DNA of 64,000 nucleotides from a virus. Taxonomy: Duplodnaviria > Caudoviricetes. The position numbers and the translations under genes were made by a program. The notes beneath the pieces were generated by a model. It was not told the origin of the DNA. It saw only the letters and a program-made list of their open reading frames with translations, and did no database searches. Location of the stretch: positions 86,001 to 150,000 of the IMG/VR virus record IMGVR_UViG_3300027689_000001. The stretch is one strand, 5' to 3'. Shown piece by piece: positions 8,551 through 17,830 of this stretch; the stretch's first letter is position 1; each line of letters starts with the position of its first letter.

Positions 8551-10095
8551 TTATGCGTCTGGGAATTCAATATCATCAGCAGCATCGCTAGATGCAATCG
8601 CATTCTTAGAGAGTGCTACAAGAACTTCATACTTCACACGACCAGCGTAGGCACCAGTTCCAACTGTGCGCTGCACCCAACCAGAGTGAGCGGCAGAAGT
8701 ACCAGTTTCACCAGTACCCTTGGCAGCAGTTGCAGTTGCTTGATCAGCAGATGCTTGGATTTCAAAGTACTGAGCATTGTTGCCTGTAGCACTGATATCA
8801 ATAACTGTTTCAGTTATATAGGTTAGACCAGTTAGAGTACCAGCAGTAGTTACAATTGCGACAGCAGCTTCAGTCGTTAGAGTAAATCCAGTAACATTTG
8901 GTGAGGTTCCAGTTACGGCAGAAACCTTATATGTTGTTCCTGATGTGTATCCAGTAATAGTGCCTGTACCTGCAAGTGTACCAGTAATTGTAAGACGATC
9001 ACCAACTGCAAGAGTTGATGCACCACAAGTAAACTGACCAGCAGTACCAGAAGTAGCAACAGTGGCAACAAGAGTACCAGTACCAGCTGCTGCCTTAACT
9101 TCGAATGCGTTAGCAGTTAGACCAGCAGTGGCAACAAAGTAAGATGTTGCTGTAGTTAAACCAGTAGCAGAAGCGCCACCACCATTGACATACTTAACTT
9201 CTTCATTGGCAACTAAACCATGTGCAGTATAAGCAATAGTATCAGTAGCAGCAGTAATTCCAGAAGTAGGAATAACACGGCGAGGTTTCGCAATAGCAAC
9301 AGTTGGCACAGTTTCATATGACGAACCAGTATTTGTTACTGTGACTGCCGTTACTAATCCACCTGCGATGGAAGCAGTTGCAGCAGCAGATGCTCCGCCA
9401 CCACCAGAGAAGGTAACTGGAGGAACTTCAAGGTAACGTGCTCCGCCTTGGATCAAAGCAACCGAGGCAACATTGTCACCACCAACACTAATTTCAGTGT
9501 TATCAACACCAAAGACTTGAGTTGATTGGAAATCTGTTGTCGAAACCGAAGCAACAGATGTTGGTTTTTCACTAATTGTATATTCTTGAGCAGAGAATAC
9601 AGTAAGAACTGATCCTGGATTCGCATTAATTACTGTAGCAACTGTGTCGCTGGCAACAGCAATAGCAATCATTTCCTGGTTACCAACACGAACAACATCA
9701 CCGACTGCAAGAGCAGGATCGAAGTTAGTTCCGTCGCCTGTTAGAGTGCCGCGACCGTAATCTAGACTTAGTGTGAAGGTATGTGAAGCACCTGACCCGT
9801 CTGTTGAGGCGATTGCGGTTGGAAAATTATGTAGTGCACCTTCTTCAGTAGCAGCAACCATAAAAGTATCTGTAGTAACATTAGTTACATAATATGTGCT
9901 ACCAGATGTTAGACCAACAACAGAGGTTCCTCCGCCGTTTGCATATGCAACAGCATCACCAAGTTGGAATGGATGTGCGGCAGAAGTATATACTCCAGCG
10001 GCATGTCCAGTTGCACCATTGAATGTGATAGCGGGAGCAGTAAGAGTTACCGTTCCTGCCGATGTCTTATCGTCTTTATTACCCCAAGCTGACAT
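8551..10095 (-). CDS. Virion structural protein with repeated beta domains
   Basis: MSAWG N-terminus and AHSGWV...GRVKYEVLVA C-terminus typical of T4-like structural proteins; two AH-x-x-x-G...GL...YYV/YFV repeats and GxxY repeats. Confidence 0.75.
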   Translation of the reverse strand: MSAWGNKDDKTSAGTVTLTAPAITFNGATGHAAGVYTSAAHPFQLGDAVAYANGGGTSVVGLTSGSTYYVTNVTTDTFMVAATEEGALHNFPTAIASTDGSGASHTFTLSLDYGRGTLTGDGTNFDPALAVGDVVRVGNQEMIAIAVASDTVATVINANPGSVLTVFSAQEYTISEKPTSVASVSTTDFQSTQVFGVDNTEISVGGDNVASVALIQGGARYLEVPPVTFSGGGGASAAATASIAGGLVTAVTVTNTGSSYETVPTVAIAKPRRVIPTSGITAATDTIAYTAHGLVANEEVKYVNGGGASATGLTTATSYFVATAGLTANAFEVKAAAGTGTLVATVATSGTAGQFTCGASTLAVGDRLTITGTLAGTGTITGYTSGTTYKVSAVTGTSPNVTGFTLTTEAAVAIVTTAGTLTGLTYITETVIDISATGNNAQYFEIQASADQATATAAKGTGETGTSAAHSGWVQRTVGTGAYAGRVKYEVLVALSKNAIASSDAADDIEFPDA

Positions 10096-11783
10096 TAATT
10101 GTCTCCCTTTTTAAATTTTTGATCTACGTGGTTGAAAAATTCTTTTCGTTTATCTTCACCAAGTTCCGAGGGAGACTTGATGTTATAATGTTCTAGAGCA
10201 GCATTGAATGTGTTCTTATAAGACTCATGCATCGACTTTACTGCTTCAATATCTTCTTTAGTTAGTTTCTTAGACTTCTCAATTGTTCTGAGCGCACGGA
10301 TAGAACTCTTTGCGTCTTTGTTCATCTTATCATACGTCATTGGTTTCTTCGTTGACGCCGATTTACCATCTGCGCTGATGTTGTAATCTCTTTCGCGTTT
10401 CCCTCTTAGATAGCGATACGCCATATCAGAAGAGATCTCATCAACCTGCTCGACTTCTTCTTTCATACCAGCATTCAGTTTTTTAGCATGAGCATGTGCA
10501 GCCTTGTGCTGGTCAGAAGATGTTTGCTTCGATTGAGAGTCACCATAAGGAAACGATTTGACTACTTTTGATGTCATCAATGCCTGCCCCCCCGCATCTT
10601 TTTTACCAGTGGGAATTTTTTCGTTGACATGATGTGCATTATAAGCTGTATGAACAAAATATGTTGCTTCTTCGAGATCGACTTCTTCAGTCTGAGATGC
10701 CTTCAAATCTGCAGCAGTTGGTGCGCCTTCGCTTCCAGGTTTACGCATACGCTCACCTGAACCACCCTTAATGCGCTTACGCTTGGCATGAATGTTATCC
10801 CACAGTCCACGCTTTTCTTCGATTGTTTCTTCGTTGGTTTCTTTAGTGGGCGAAAACTTCTTTACTGCGGATTTTGCAGCAATAGATCCAGCGGCACCAG
10901 ACATAACGCGAGTAGCAACACCAGCACCTGCGTTTTTAGCAAGTTTTGATGCAATCATTCTACCTGCTACCCCTGCTAATGCGGCATATTCATTTACAGT
11001 TTCTTCGCTCATCTCGCCTTGCATATAGTTGCTGGCGGTTGAGATGTAATCTTCTGCCAAAGTAATCTTCGACTGAACCCACTCAGGAAGATTGGTGTCA
11101 TCGGAAAGCATATCATGCATACGTTGCGAGTTAGCAATGATTGACTTCAGTTGACCCATTGCCATGTCACCTTCGTAGTCATACTCTGTCTTTTCTTTTG
11201 CTTCCTTGATATTAATTCTTTTGTTCTTACCATGATGCCATCTAATACCAGATTTCCATTCATCCGCCGAAATACCCTTTGGGTGCTTTTCACTTTTCTT
11301 TGAACCGTGCATCTGAGAATGGGTATACCAGCCATCATCTTCTTCGTCAAGCATATTTTTGCCCAACTTAGTACGTACTGCTTTCGCTAACTTCGATGCA
11401 TCGACACCGAAGTCCTTGGCAGCAGACATAACATGACTCTTACGAATGTTATCACCATAACGTTTGGTCAGGTGAGCAACGATAGGAGCATTTTCGTCGA
11501 GTTCAGTTTCTTCAGTAGCATAACCCTTAGCACCAGCACGAGCACGATTGAAGATGGCATCGTCACCAAGAACAATAAACATCATCGAGTTAATGAAGTT
11601 TGCCATGACATCACGCTCAGCACCCTGAAGTGTCATACCACCCTGTACCTTGACAATTGCCTTGCGAAGAATCGGAATGGTATTCGCTGGCATCAGACCA
11701 GCGCGAACTAGTTGCTGAAGACGACCATCTAAATCTTGCGATTCAGCAATGACAGTATCTCTGATTGTTCTTTCTAGACTCAT
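10095..11783 (-). CDS. Putative internal head polyprotein
   Basis: Basic modules separated by acidic L/I/V-x-E linkers (VIAE, ELDE, MLDEE, IKE, VNE, IEE, VDLEE, VDE); preceded by a late promoter. Confidence 0.7.
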   Translation of the reverse strand: MSLERTIRDTVIAESQDLDGRLQQLVRAGLMPANTIPILRKAIVKVQGGMTLQGAERDVMANFINSMMFIVLGDDAIFNRARAGAKGYATEETELDENAPIVAHLTKRYGDNIRKSHVMSAAKDFGVDASKLAKAVRTKLGKNMLDEEDDGWYTHSQMHGSKKSEKHPKGISADEWKSGIRWHHGKNKRINIKEAKEKTEYDYEGDMAMGQLKSIIANSQRMHDMLSDDTNLPEWVQSKITLAEDYISTASNYMQGEMSEETVNEYAALAGVAGRMIASKLAKNAGAGVATRVMSGAAGSIAAKSAVKKFSPTKETNEETIEEKRGLWDNIHAKRKRIKGGSGERMRKPGSEGAPTAADLKASQTEEVDLEEATYFVHTAYNAHHVNEKIPTGKKDAGGQALMTSKVVKSFPYGDSQSKQTSSDQHKAAHAHAKKLNAGMKEEVEQVDEISSDMAYRYLRGKRERDYNISADGKSASTKKPMTYDKMNKDAKSSIRALRTIEKSKKLTKEDIEAVKSMHESYKNTFNAALEHYNIKSPSELGEDKRKEFFNHVDQKFKKGDN

Positions 11784-11807
11784 TTGATATTCCTCTAATC
11801 TTTTCTA

Positions 11808-11815
11808 TATTTATA
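11808..11815 (-). promoter_or_regulatory. gp55-dependent late promoter
   Basis: Exact TATAAATA in the intergenic region upstream of the CDS starting at 11783. Confidence 0.8.
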
Positions 11816-12253
11816 TTATTTTGAGGTCGCTCGTAGCATCCACGCATGTTTTGCATGAATATCTAGACGTTCTTCAATAAGATTTACAAGACCCCGATTA
11901 CCGTCTGCATCAGCAAGTTTATGTGCCGTATTTAATGCTTCAATTACGGAAACATTAGCATCGATAAGATCTGCAACCATCCCCGAAACATCAACGCCGT
12001 AAATATTTGACTCTTTAACTGTAGTTGTAGATGCCAACTCAGTCATATTATATGGGGCATAGTCATCTAGTGCACGAATCTGTTCAGCGATAACATCTAC
12101 TGCAGCGAACAATTCCAAATAAAGATTTGAAAAGAAATCATGCAACTGAGAGAAGTCTTTACCTTCTACGTTCCAGTGATGACCATGCGCTTTGAAATAC
12201 ATCGCAAAAGTATTTGCGAATACGATCTTCATTGATGTTACCAACTCGTCCAT
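11816..12253 (-). CDS. dps: Dps family ferritin-like DNA protection protein
   Basis: KAHGHHWNVEGKDFSQLHDFF...DVIAEQIRAL...HAKHAWML. Confidence 0.93.
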   Translation of the reverse strand: MDELVTSMKIVFANTFAMYFKAHGHHWNVEGKDFSQLHDFFSNLYLELFAAVDVIAEQIRALDDYAPYNMTELASTTTVKESNIYGVDVSGMVADLIDANVSVIEALNTAHKLADADGNRGLVNLIEERLDIHAKHAWMLRATSK

Positions 12254-12254
12254 G

Positions 12255-12629
12255 TTAACAATTCCACTTTCTTAATGCTAATGCTTTACGAGTCGGGCGA
12301 CCCTTTTCGTCTTTCATTGGACCTTCTACACCAGACATTCTAGCACAGAAACTCTTACGACGACCTGCTGCTTTACTACCTGCCTTTAACTTAGAAGGAG
12401 GAGTAGTTACAGGTGCCTGTAGATTACCACCAGACTGTCTATTATAGTGGTCACGACCCTTTTGAGTCAACCCACCAGTAGAGGACTTGTGCCCCTTACC
12501 GTCAACTGCTGCTTCTTTGATGCAAGAACCCTTCTCACATGCTTTAGTTCCTGGTTTACGTTTGTAACCAGTCCAACAAGTGCACCCAGTCTTTTCTGTT
12601 TCAACGACAAATTCTGCGAAAGAATGCAT
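12255..12629 (-). CDS. Small basic phage protein (DUF6321-like) with capsid-targeting-like N-terminus
   Basis: MHSFAEFVVE N-terminus; CWTGYK module; GGLTQKGR...RRKSFCARM...ALRKWNC. Confidence 0.75.
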   Translation of the reverse strand: MHSFAEFVVETEKTGCTCWTGYKRKPGTKACEKGSCIKEAAVDGKGHKSSTGGLTQKGRDHYNRQSGGNLQAPVTTPPSKLKAGSKAAGRRKSFCARMSGVEGPMKDEKGRPTRKALALRKWNC

Positions 12630-14458
12630 TACCTTTTCTTTCTTTTATTTCTATTGTTGATTCTATTACGATCGATCATACGTTCTTTTTGCTGAAGACG
12701 AAGGGAAAGTCTACCGACCATCGGTGCCATGCGCTTTACCATTCCTTCTAATCTTGTCTTCTCAGAAGCAGAAAGCGAAGAACGATCACGCCCACGAAGA
12801 ACTCTACTATAAACCATATTACGAGCAGCACGAACGGATCTCGACTTAATACGATCAGGAGTTGCAACACGCTTCAGCGCCATGTTTCTTGCAAGATTAC
12901 GACGACCCTTTGTTCTCATCATATTGAAACGCTTCTTCAGACGACCTTGTGGAGTAATACCTTCAGCGATATCCTCATCAGAATCTTCGTAGTTCAGATC
13001 TTCGTAATCATAATAGTCAATCAGATCTTCCCACTCAGCGTTTTCGATTTCAGCAGTAACATCATTTTCGATTGCGAGCATATCATATTCGTCGTGACGA
13101 TCGTCGCTATTGTAGTCCATCATATCATCGCGAACTGGTGGAGTTGGATAGTTTGCTGGACTGATGGAATCTGTGTTAGGTTTTTCCTGACTAAAGTCAG
13201 CAAATTGTTCGTGAATTGCTTTGAGGAAATCGTCGTGTGACTTATGTGCACGCTTGACTAGCGATTCTTTTTCGATCGAAGACTTCAAACCATGGTACTT
13301 GTTCATAAACTTGTCATGATGATTAGGAGCAATTTCGTGCTCTTTACCATCATAGAACTTTACCTTGGCATTAATCGACTGAGACTTGTGCAGTTGGTGG
13401 ACCAGATTCTTAGGGACATCTGCTTCTGCTGCTTTTTTCTTAGCGACATTTTTCTTTGCTTTAGCGATTGCCTTTGGATCCGAAAGAACCTTTTGGATTT
13501 TTGCTCTAAAATTTTGGCGAGCAATAGCACCCCTTGCGGAAATTTCTGAGAGAGTTTCTTCTTTCTGAATACCACCATTATACCGTGTCGGGACACCATC
13601 GTAACGAGGATCGAATGTTGGAATCTTTTTCGCAGCAAGACCTTCTTGTCCAGGAGTCATAGCAGCATACTTCTGGCGGAGAGCATCAGTTCCCCATTCG
13701 TTGCTCTTGCCGAGTTCTTCTTTAACCTGACCATCGTGTTCCGAATCAAGACTTTTGAATCCAGATTTAACACCATGATGAAATCCAGTCGCTTGATAAT
13801 CTTTCTTAAATTTATACGCAGCGCCTTTATCAGAAGCGTAGTGTAATTCACCGCCCCATCCCTTTAGGTGCTTTTTAAACTCTGGTGAGTTGTGATCCTT
13901 ACTATCGCCCTTGACGTGAACAGAGTAGACCTTACCCTCAACTTCTTCTTTGACTGTCTTTAGACCACTGCGCAGTTCCTCTGCTTTCTTGCGTTGCCTT
14001 TCTGCAACAGCATCCCGAGATCGTTTGATGCTGGCGTTGCGTCTGTCAATAGAATCTTGGTGTTGTTTAGCATAAGGATTGGCGTTGCGAGAAGCTTGGT
14101 ATGCAGCAGAAGGTTGGTATGCTGCTGCTTCTTCGACTTCTTCTGCATCACATTGACCACAGCACTCTGGAGTTCCGCAATTGTCGTGTTCAGTTTCTTC
14201 AGGTAAACCTTTTTTGCGTCTTTGAGCAGCAGTGAAATGATCAGGTGTTCCAGTATCTGGATCCATCTTTAGTTTCGCACCTGCTTTTTTTGCAACTGCC
14301 GCATTCTTAACGGCTGCTTCCTTGACCGAATTCATCGCCTTGCGTGCGAGGTGCTTGGCAACGTTCTTAATCTCGTTGCCATACTTGTCCTTACGCTTCT
14401 CGCTAGACTTACGAGTTGGGTTTTTAGGATCTTCTTTCCAAGGTGGTGAATCGGTCAT
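12629..14458 (-). CDS. Putative internal head polyprotein
   Basis: Lys/Arg/His-rich modules separated by VKE, LPEE, VEE, VKEE, LSE, IHE and IAE sites; very basic C-terminal domain. Confidence 0.7.
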   Translation of the reverse strand: MTDSPPWKEDPKNPTRKSSEKRKDKYGNEIKNVAKHLARKAMNSVKEAAVKNAAVAKKAGAKLKMDPDTGTPDHFTAAQRRKKGLPEETEHDNCGTPECCGQCDAEEVEEAAAYQPSAAYQASRNANPYAKQHQDSIDRRNASIKRSRDAVAERQRKKAEELRSGLKTVKEEVEGKVYSVHVKGDSKDHNSPEFKKHLKGWGGELHYASDKGAAYKFKKDYQATGFHHGVKSGFKSLDSEHDGQVKEELGKSNEWGTDALRQKYAAMTPGQEGLAAKKIPTFDPRYDGVPTRYNGGIQKEETLSEISARGAIARQNFRAKIQKVLSDPKAIAKAKKNVAKKKAAEADVPKNLVHQLHKSQSINAKVKFYDGKEHEIAPNHHDKFMNKYHGLKSSIEKESLVKRAHKSHDDFLKAIHEQFADFSQEKPNTDSISPANYPTPPVRDDMMDYNSDDRHDEYDMLAIENDVTAEIENAEWEDLIDYYDYEDLNYEDSDEDIAEGITPQGRLKKRFNMMRTKGRRNLARNMALKRVATPDRIKSRSVRAARNMVYSRVLRGRDRSSLSASEKTRLEGMVKRMAPMVGRLSLRLQQKERMIDRNRINNRNKRKKR

Positions 14459-14488
14459 AATTGGGGTATACTCTCCAGTCGTTTCCTA

Positions 14489-14496
14489 TATTTATA
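14489..14496 (-). promoter_or_regulatory. gp55-dependent late promoter
   Basis: Exact TATAAATA upstream of the CDS starting at 14458. Confidence 0.8.
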
Positions 14497-14500
14497 ATAA

Positions 14501-15589
14501 TTACTGCTTGTATTTAAAATCGCACATCAAACGAGTTGGATATCCATCAGTACCTTGAGAGTCTCGAATGTTCAATTTAAATTCATACTTAGGACTGACA
14601 ATCACAATGTCAATTCTCTTACCTTTACCAGTCTTACCACCATAGTAGATAGTTTGCGACATAACATTTGCTGCTTGCTGCATATAGATGGAATCGACTT
14701 TATATGACTTAATTTTTCCAGGAAATTTATGGACAACGTGGTATCCATATCCAATACCAGATTCCAACAGAGTCTCTAGTGCGAGACGATTAGGGGAAGT
14801 TACTGTTACTGTTTCACTTGTACCAGTTCCGTTAAAGATATCGCAGAATTTCTTATGATCAATTTTAAATAGATCTAATAGTGCCTGACCATCTTTATTG
14901 GAGATAGAACCTGATTGAATTTCTTTTTTGGTAAGAATAGTTTTAACACCAACATTAAAGAACGTAACAGTGTTTTGGAATTTCAAACTGAGAAATAATG
15001 TCTGTGCAATATTATTCTTATCTTTCCATGTCACAGTAACATCGGTAACTGCTTCGCCAATATCATTACCCGTTCCTTTGGTATTAGATAATTTAATTCC
15101 ACCAATAAATGAAAGAGGTCGTTTGGTATTATCTCCACCGACTGCCTGCGCCTTGAAATTAGAACCCTCTCCAATACCATAAGTTTTATCTAAACCTTCA
15201 ATGGTTTCTAGAATCATTCTATCAATACCAACAGTCTCGCCTTCTCGCCAGTCCATCAATGCTTGGGTGAATTGATCTTCGAAAGCATTGCCGCGATTTT
15301 TAGCACCTCTGTTGCCAGCAGACCCATCTCCAAATTTTACTTTAAATGGTTGTGTAACACCTGACTGAGTTAAGATTTGCTGTTCAGTAAGAGAACCCTT
15401 GATAGCGCGAACAACATTGATTTTTGGCACATCGAGATTGATATTAATAGGTTTATCGATCTTCGGATATTTTTTACGCAGAAAATTAAATACTGCTTTA
15501 CAATTGTCGCGATACGTTTGGTTGTGTTTGTAACCTGTCAGAGTCGAATCAATATCCTTCTCTGAAGATGGAAAAAAATCATACGGCAT
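14501..15589 (-). CDS. Putative PD-(D/E)XK-fold endonuclease
   Basis: NRGNAFE helix motif, then VTDVTV and FLSLK matching a D...(S)xK restriction-nuclease-like active site. Confidence 0.5.
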   Translation of the reverse strand: MPYDFFPSSEKDIDSTLTGYKHNQTYRDNCKAVFNFLRKKYPKIDKPININLDVPKINVVRAIKGSLTEQQILTQSGVTQPFKVKFGDGSAGNRGAKNRGNAFEDQFTQALMDWREGETVGIDRMILETIEGLDKTYGIGEGSNFKAQAVGGDNTKRPLSFIGGIKLSNTKGTGNDIGEAVTDVTVTWKDKNNIAQTLFLSLKFQNTVTFFNVGVKTILTKKEIQSGSISNKDGQALLDLFKIDHKKFCDIFNGTGTSETVTVTSPNRLALETLLESGIGYGYHVVHKFPGKIKSYKVDSIYMQQAANVMSQTIYYGGKTGKGKRIDIVIVSPKYEFKLNIRDSQGTDGYPTRLMCDFKYKQ

Positions 15590-16104
15590 TACTTCTTTTT
15601 CTTTTCTTTCGCCATCGCGTCAACTGCTTCCTTGTTCTCGTTTATCCAACGTTGAAGTTCCGTTAGTTGGACCGAGTTGGATTGGCAGATGGCGTAGTTG
15701 CGGATGATTCCGATGAGGGCATCAGTGTCTTTAATTGCTGAGGGGGACGCATCAGAACTTCTGGTGGCGTCGGCATCACTGGCACTGGCACTAATGTCGT
15801 GCGTGAACACCCAGCCGTTAGACATAACAGACTGACTAGGAACATTGTCTTTAGCGGCATCAACATAAACATATTCTTTCTCTCTAATTGTGTTTGTTCT
15901 ATCAACATATTCAGTAACTACATTATTACTAATCTCTGAATTCTTTCTCTCTAGTTCTGCAACTTGTTCACTTGCTCTAGCAGAGAATCTAGCAAGTTCT
16001 GCATCAGCATAAGCAGATCCCTTCATGTATCCATAAACAAAAACACCAAGTATTAAGGCAGCACCTGCTAGTAACTTATATGGTAATGGGATCATACCGA
16101 ACAT
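15589..16104 (-). CDS. Rz: Inner-membrane spanin (Rz-like)
   Basis: Start ATG 16104 after AAGGA; N-terminal TM (LLAGAALILGVFVYGY), periplasmic coiled coil, C-terminal C...QLTELQRWI; contains an embedded lipoprotein ORF. Confidence 0.85.
   Translation of the reverse strand: MFGMIPLPYKLLAGAALILGVFVYGYMKGSAYADAELARFSARASEQVAELERKNSEISNNVVTEYVDRTNTIREKEYVYVDAAKDNVPSQSVMSNGWVFTHDISASASDADATRSSDASPSAIKDTDALIGIIRNYAICQSNSVQLTELQRWINENKEAVDAMAKEKKKK
15663..15872 (-). CDS. Rz1: Outer-membrane spanin lipoprotein (Rz1-like), embedded in +1 frame of Rz
   Basis: MFMLMPLKTMFLVSLLCLTAG|C signal with lipobox, then Pro-rich MPTPPEVLMRPP like lambda Rz1. Exact start uncertain (15872, 15866, 15860 or 15845). 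Confidence 0.85.
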   Translation of the reverse strand: MFMLMPLKTMFLVSLLCLTAGCSRTTLVPVPVMPTPPEVLMRPPQQLKTLMPSSESSATTPSANPTRSN

Positions 16105-16114
16105 ATTTAATTCC

Positions 16115-16363
16115 TTATTCTTCTTCAGATTTCTTAGTTGGTTTCTTAGGAGCGAACTTCTCAACTCCAGTAATACCAAGAGTACCGATAACAATATACA
16201 TTACACCGTTAAAGATAAACTCTTCAATGGTGAAGTCCCAGAATAGATTTGCAATGTAACCGATAGCAATAAGTAGAGTAGCAACAACTGCTACCATGCG
16301 CTTAGAGGACGGATTGCCATTTTCTGACATCATATCTTTAATGTATGTTAGAAATTTACCCAT
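16115..16363 (-). CDS. Small two-TM membrane protein, holin candidate
   Basis: PSSKR motif followed by two TM helices and a charged C-terminus; directly upstream of Rz/Rz1. Confidence 0.65.
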   Translation of the reverse strand: MGKFLTYIKDMMSENGNPSSKRMVAVVATLLIAIGYIANLFWDFTIEEFIFNGVMYIVIGTLGITGVEKFAPKKPTKKSEEE

Positions 16364-16369
16364 GGGTTA

Positions 16370-17830
16370 TTACCTTTTTAATTTGACTTTACCAGCAAGA
16401 ATTCCAACCCTTGAACGATCCATAATGCTTTTTGATTCTGCATCGGAGAAGTTGGAACCGAGATGATGTTTGTATGTCTTTTCGTCGCCTGATGCTGCTG
16501 CGTTGCGCATCTTTGTTCCTGACATACCATGTGAACGGTTTTCGTCTTTTGGATAATGGATTTCTACTCTATGTGGTTTCTCACCATTAAGTTCGGGAAT
16601 CTTACCAGATTCAATTGAGTTCTTTAGACGTTCCGCCATTTCCTTGCGATCGTGTCCGAAGTGAAGATGTAATACTTTCTTTGGACCGCTCAACGAATGA
16701 AATGCACGACCTACCGTTTGACCAGCAGACTTTTCGACCTTGAATTCAGCAGCACCGTTTGACTGTTTATTGGCAATATGTTCTCTTTCTTTATCAGAAA
16801 ACACATCTGACTTACCAGACAAACCAACATGCTTCTTACCAGCACCCATTCCGCCAACAACATCAATATGATGACCCATATGAGTATGAGGGGATGCCCC
16901 CATAAATGCTACGTGAGCATGCTGTTCTGCTTCTTCCTCAATGTATGATTCGTTAGCACGATCACTAACACCGAGATGACTGCGTAGATGCTCGAGAGCA
17001 GAACCGTGGTCCATACCTTTCTTGGTAGCAACACCTGCTTTAAACTTGTCATATATTTCTTGGTGTTGTGACTTTGGAATATGCTTCTTGATTAATTCTG
17101 CCACACCCTTAAATGAATCAATCTTTTTGTGTTCTGCAGTAGCACCAAATAGTTGTTTCGATATCTCATCTGGATGCTGCACACCAATATCTTTATCATC
17201 TGTTCTAGAACGCAGACCATGTGAGATCGAAAACTTATGAGTCGATCCTGCTGCTGCATTGATAAGCATCTTGTGATGCACACCTTTAATACCTGCCTTG
17301 GTATCTTCCCAGTTAGAAGAATGTAGGAACCTATCAGTTTCAGATCCTGGATTATGCACACCTTCGAAGTCGAATTGATGGTGTTCACCATTCTCGTGGC
17401 GCATTACTGCAGAGATTTCGTTACCGTGTTTCTTAGTTCCTGCTACGGTATAGTTACCAAATTTCTTACCTGTTGCTAGAGTTGATGCTAGTTTGTCTTT
17501 ATGATCGTGACTGACCTGAACGTCGACATCGCCGACATGTGGTTTATATCTAGCAAATTCGTGGTCGTCAATATGATTTCCCATGAAATCACGCGAAGAA
17601 CCTGAATAGACGTGACCTGTCTTCAGGTGAGTTTTATCTGCACCAAACAGATGTTCGCCATGCTCTTTGTGAAACGCATCGTGTACTTTACTCAGCGCTG
17701 TGTGAACATCTGTTCTGCGCACTGCTCTGGTATCATGTTGGATTGGAAATGGAGCAGCAGAAGTTTCTTGCCCCTTTGGTCCAACTTTGATATTTCCACC
17801 CTCGTTTAGAAAGAACTTAAAACTTTTCAT
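16370..17830 (-). CDS. His-rich two-domain protein: Pol-beta-like nucleotidyltransferase + HIGH-family (cytidylyltransferase-like) domain
   Basis: Start ATG 17830 (MKSFKFFLNE). YSGSS...GDVDV...QFDF fits Pol-beta NTase; acidic linker ANESYIEEE; HTHMGH and MSGTKMR fit HIGH/SxTxxR motifs. Confidence 0.7.
   Translation of the reverse strand: MKSFKFFLNEGGNIKVGPKGQETSAAPFPIQHDTRAVRRTDVHTALSKVHDAFHKEHGEHLFGADKTHLKTGHVYSGSSRDFMGNHIDDHEFARYKPHVGDVDVQVSHDHKDKLASTLATGKKFGNYTVAGTKKHGNEISAVMRHENGEHHQFDFEGVHNPGSETDRFLHSSNWEDTKAGIKGVHHKMLINAAAGSTHKFSISHGLRSRTDDKDIGVQHPDEISKQLFGATAEHKKIDSFKGVAELIKKHIPKSQHQEIYDKFKAGVATKKGMDHGSALEHLRSHLGVSDRANESYIEEEAEQHAHVAFMGASPHTHMGHHIDVVGGMGAGKKHVGLSGKSDVFSDKEREHIANKQSNGAAEFKVEKSAGQTVGRAFHSLSGPKKVLHLHFGHDRKEMAERLKNSIESGKIPELNGEKPHRVEIHYPKDENRSHGMSGTKMRNAAASGDEKTYKHHLGSNFSDAESKSIMDRSRVGILAGKVKLKR

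Noticed and set aside
14444-14472. Plus-strand GGGG-TATACT resembling the early -10 element
   Set aside because: No TTGACT/TTTACT at 17 nt spacing; the sequence there is TGGTGA.
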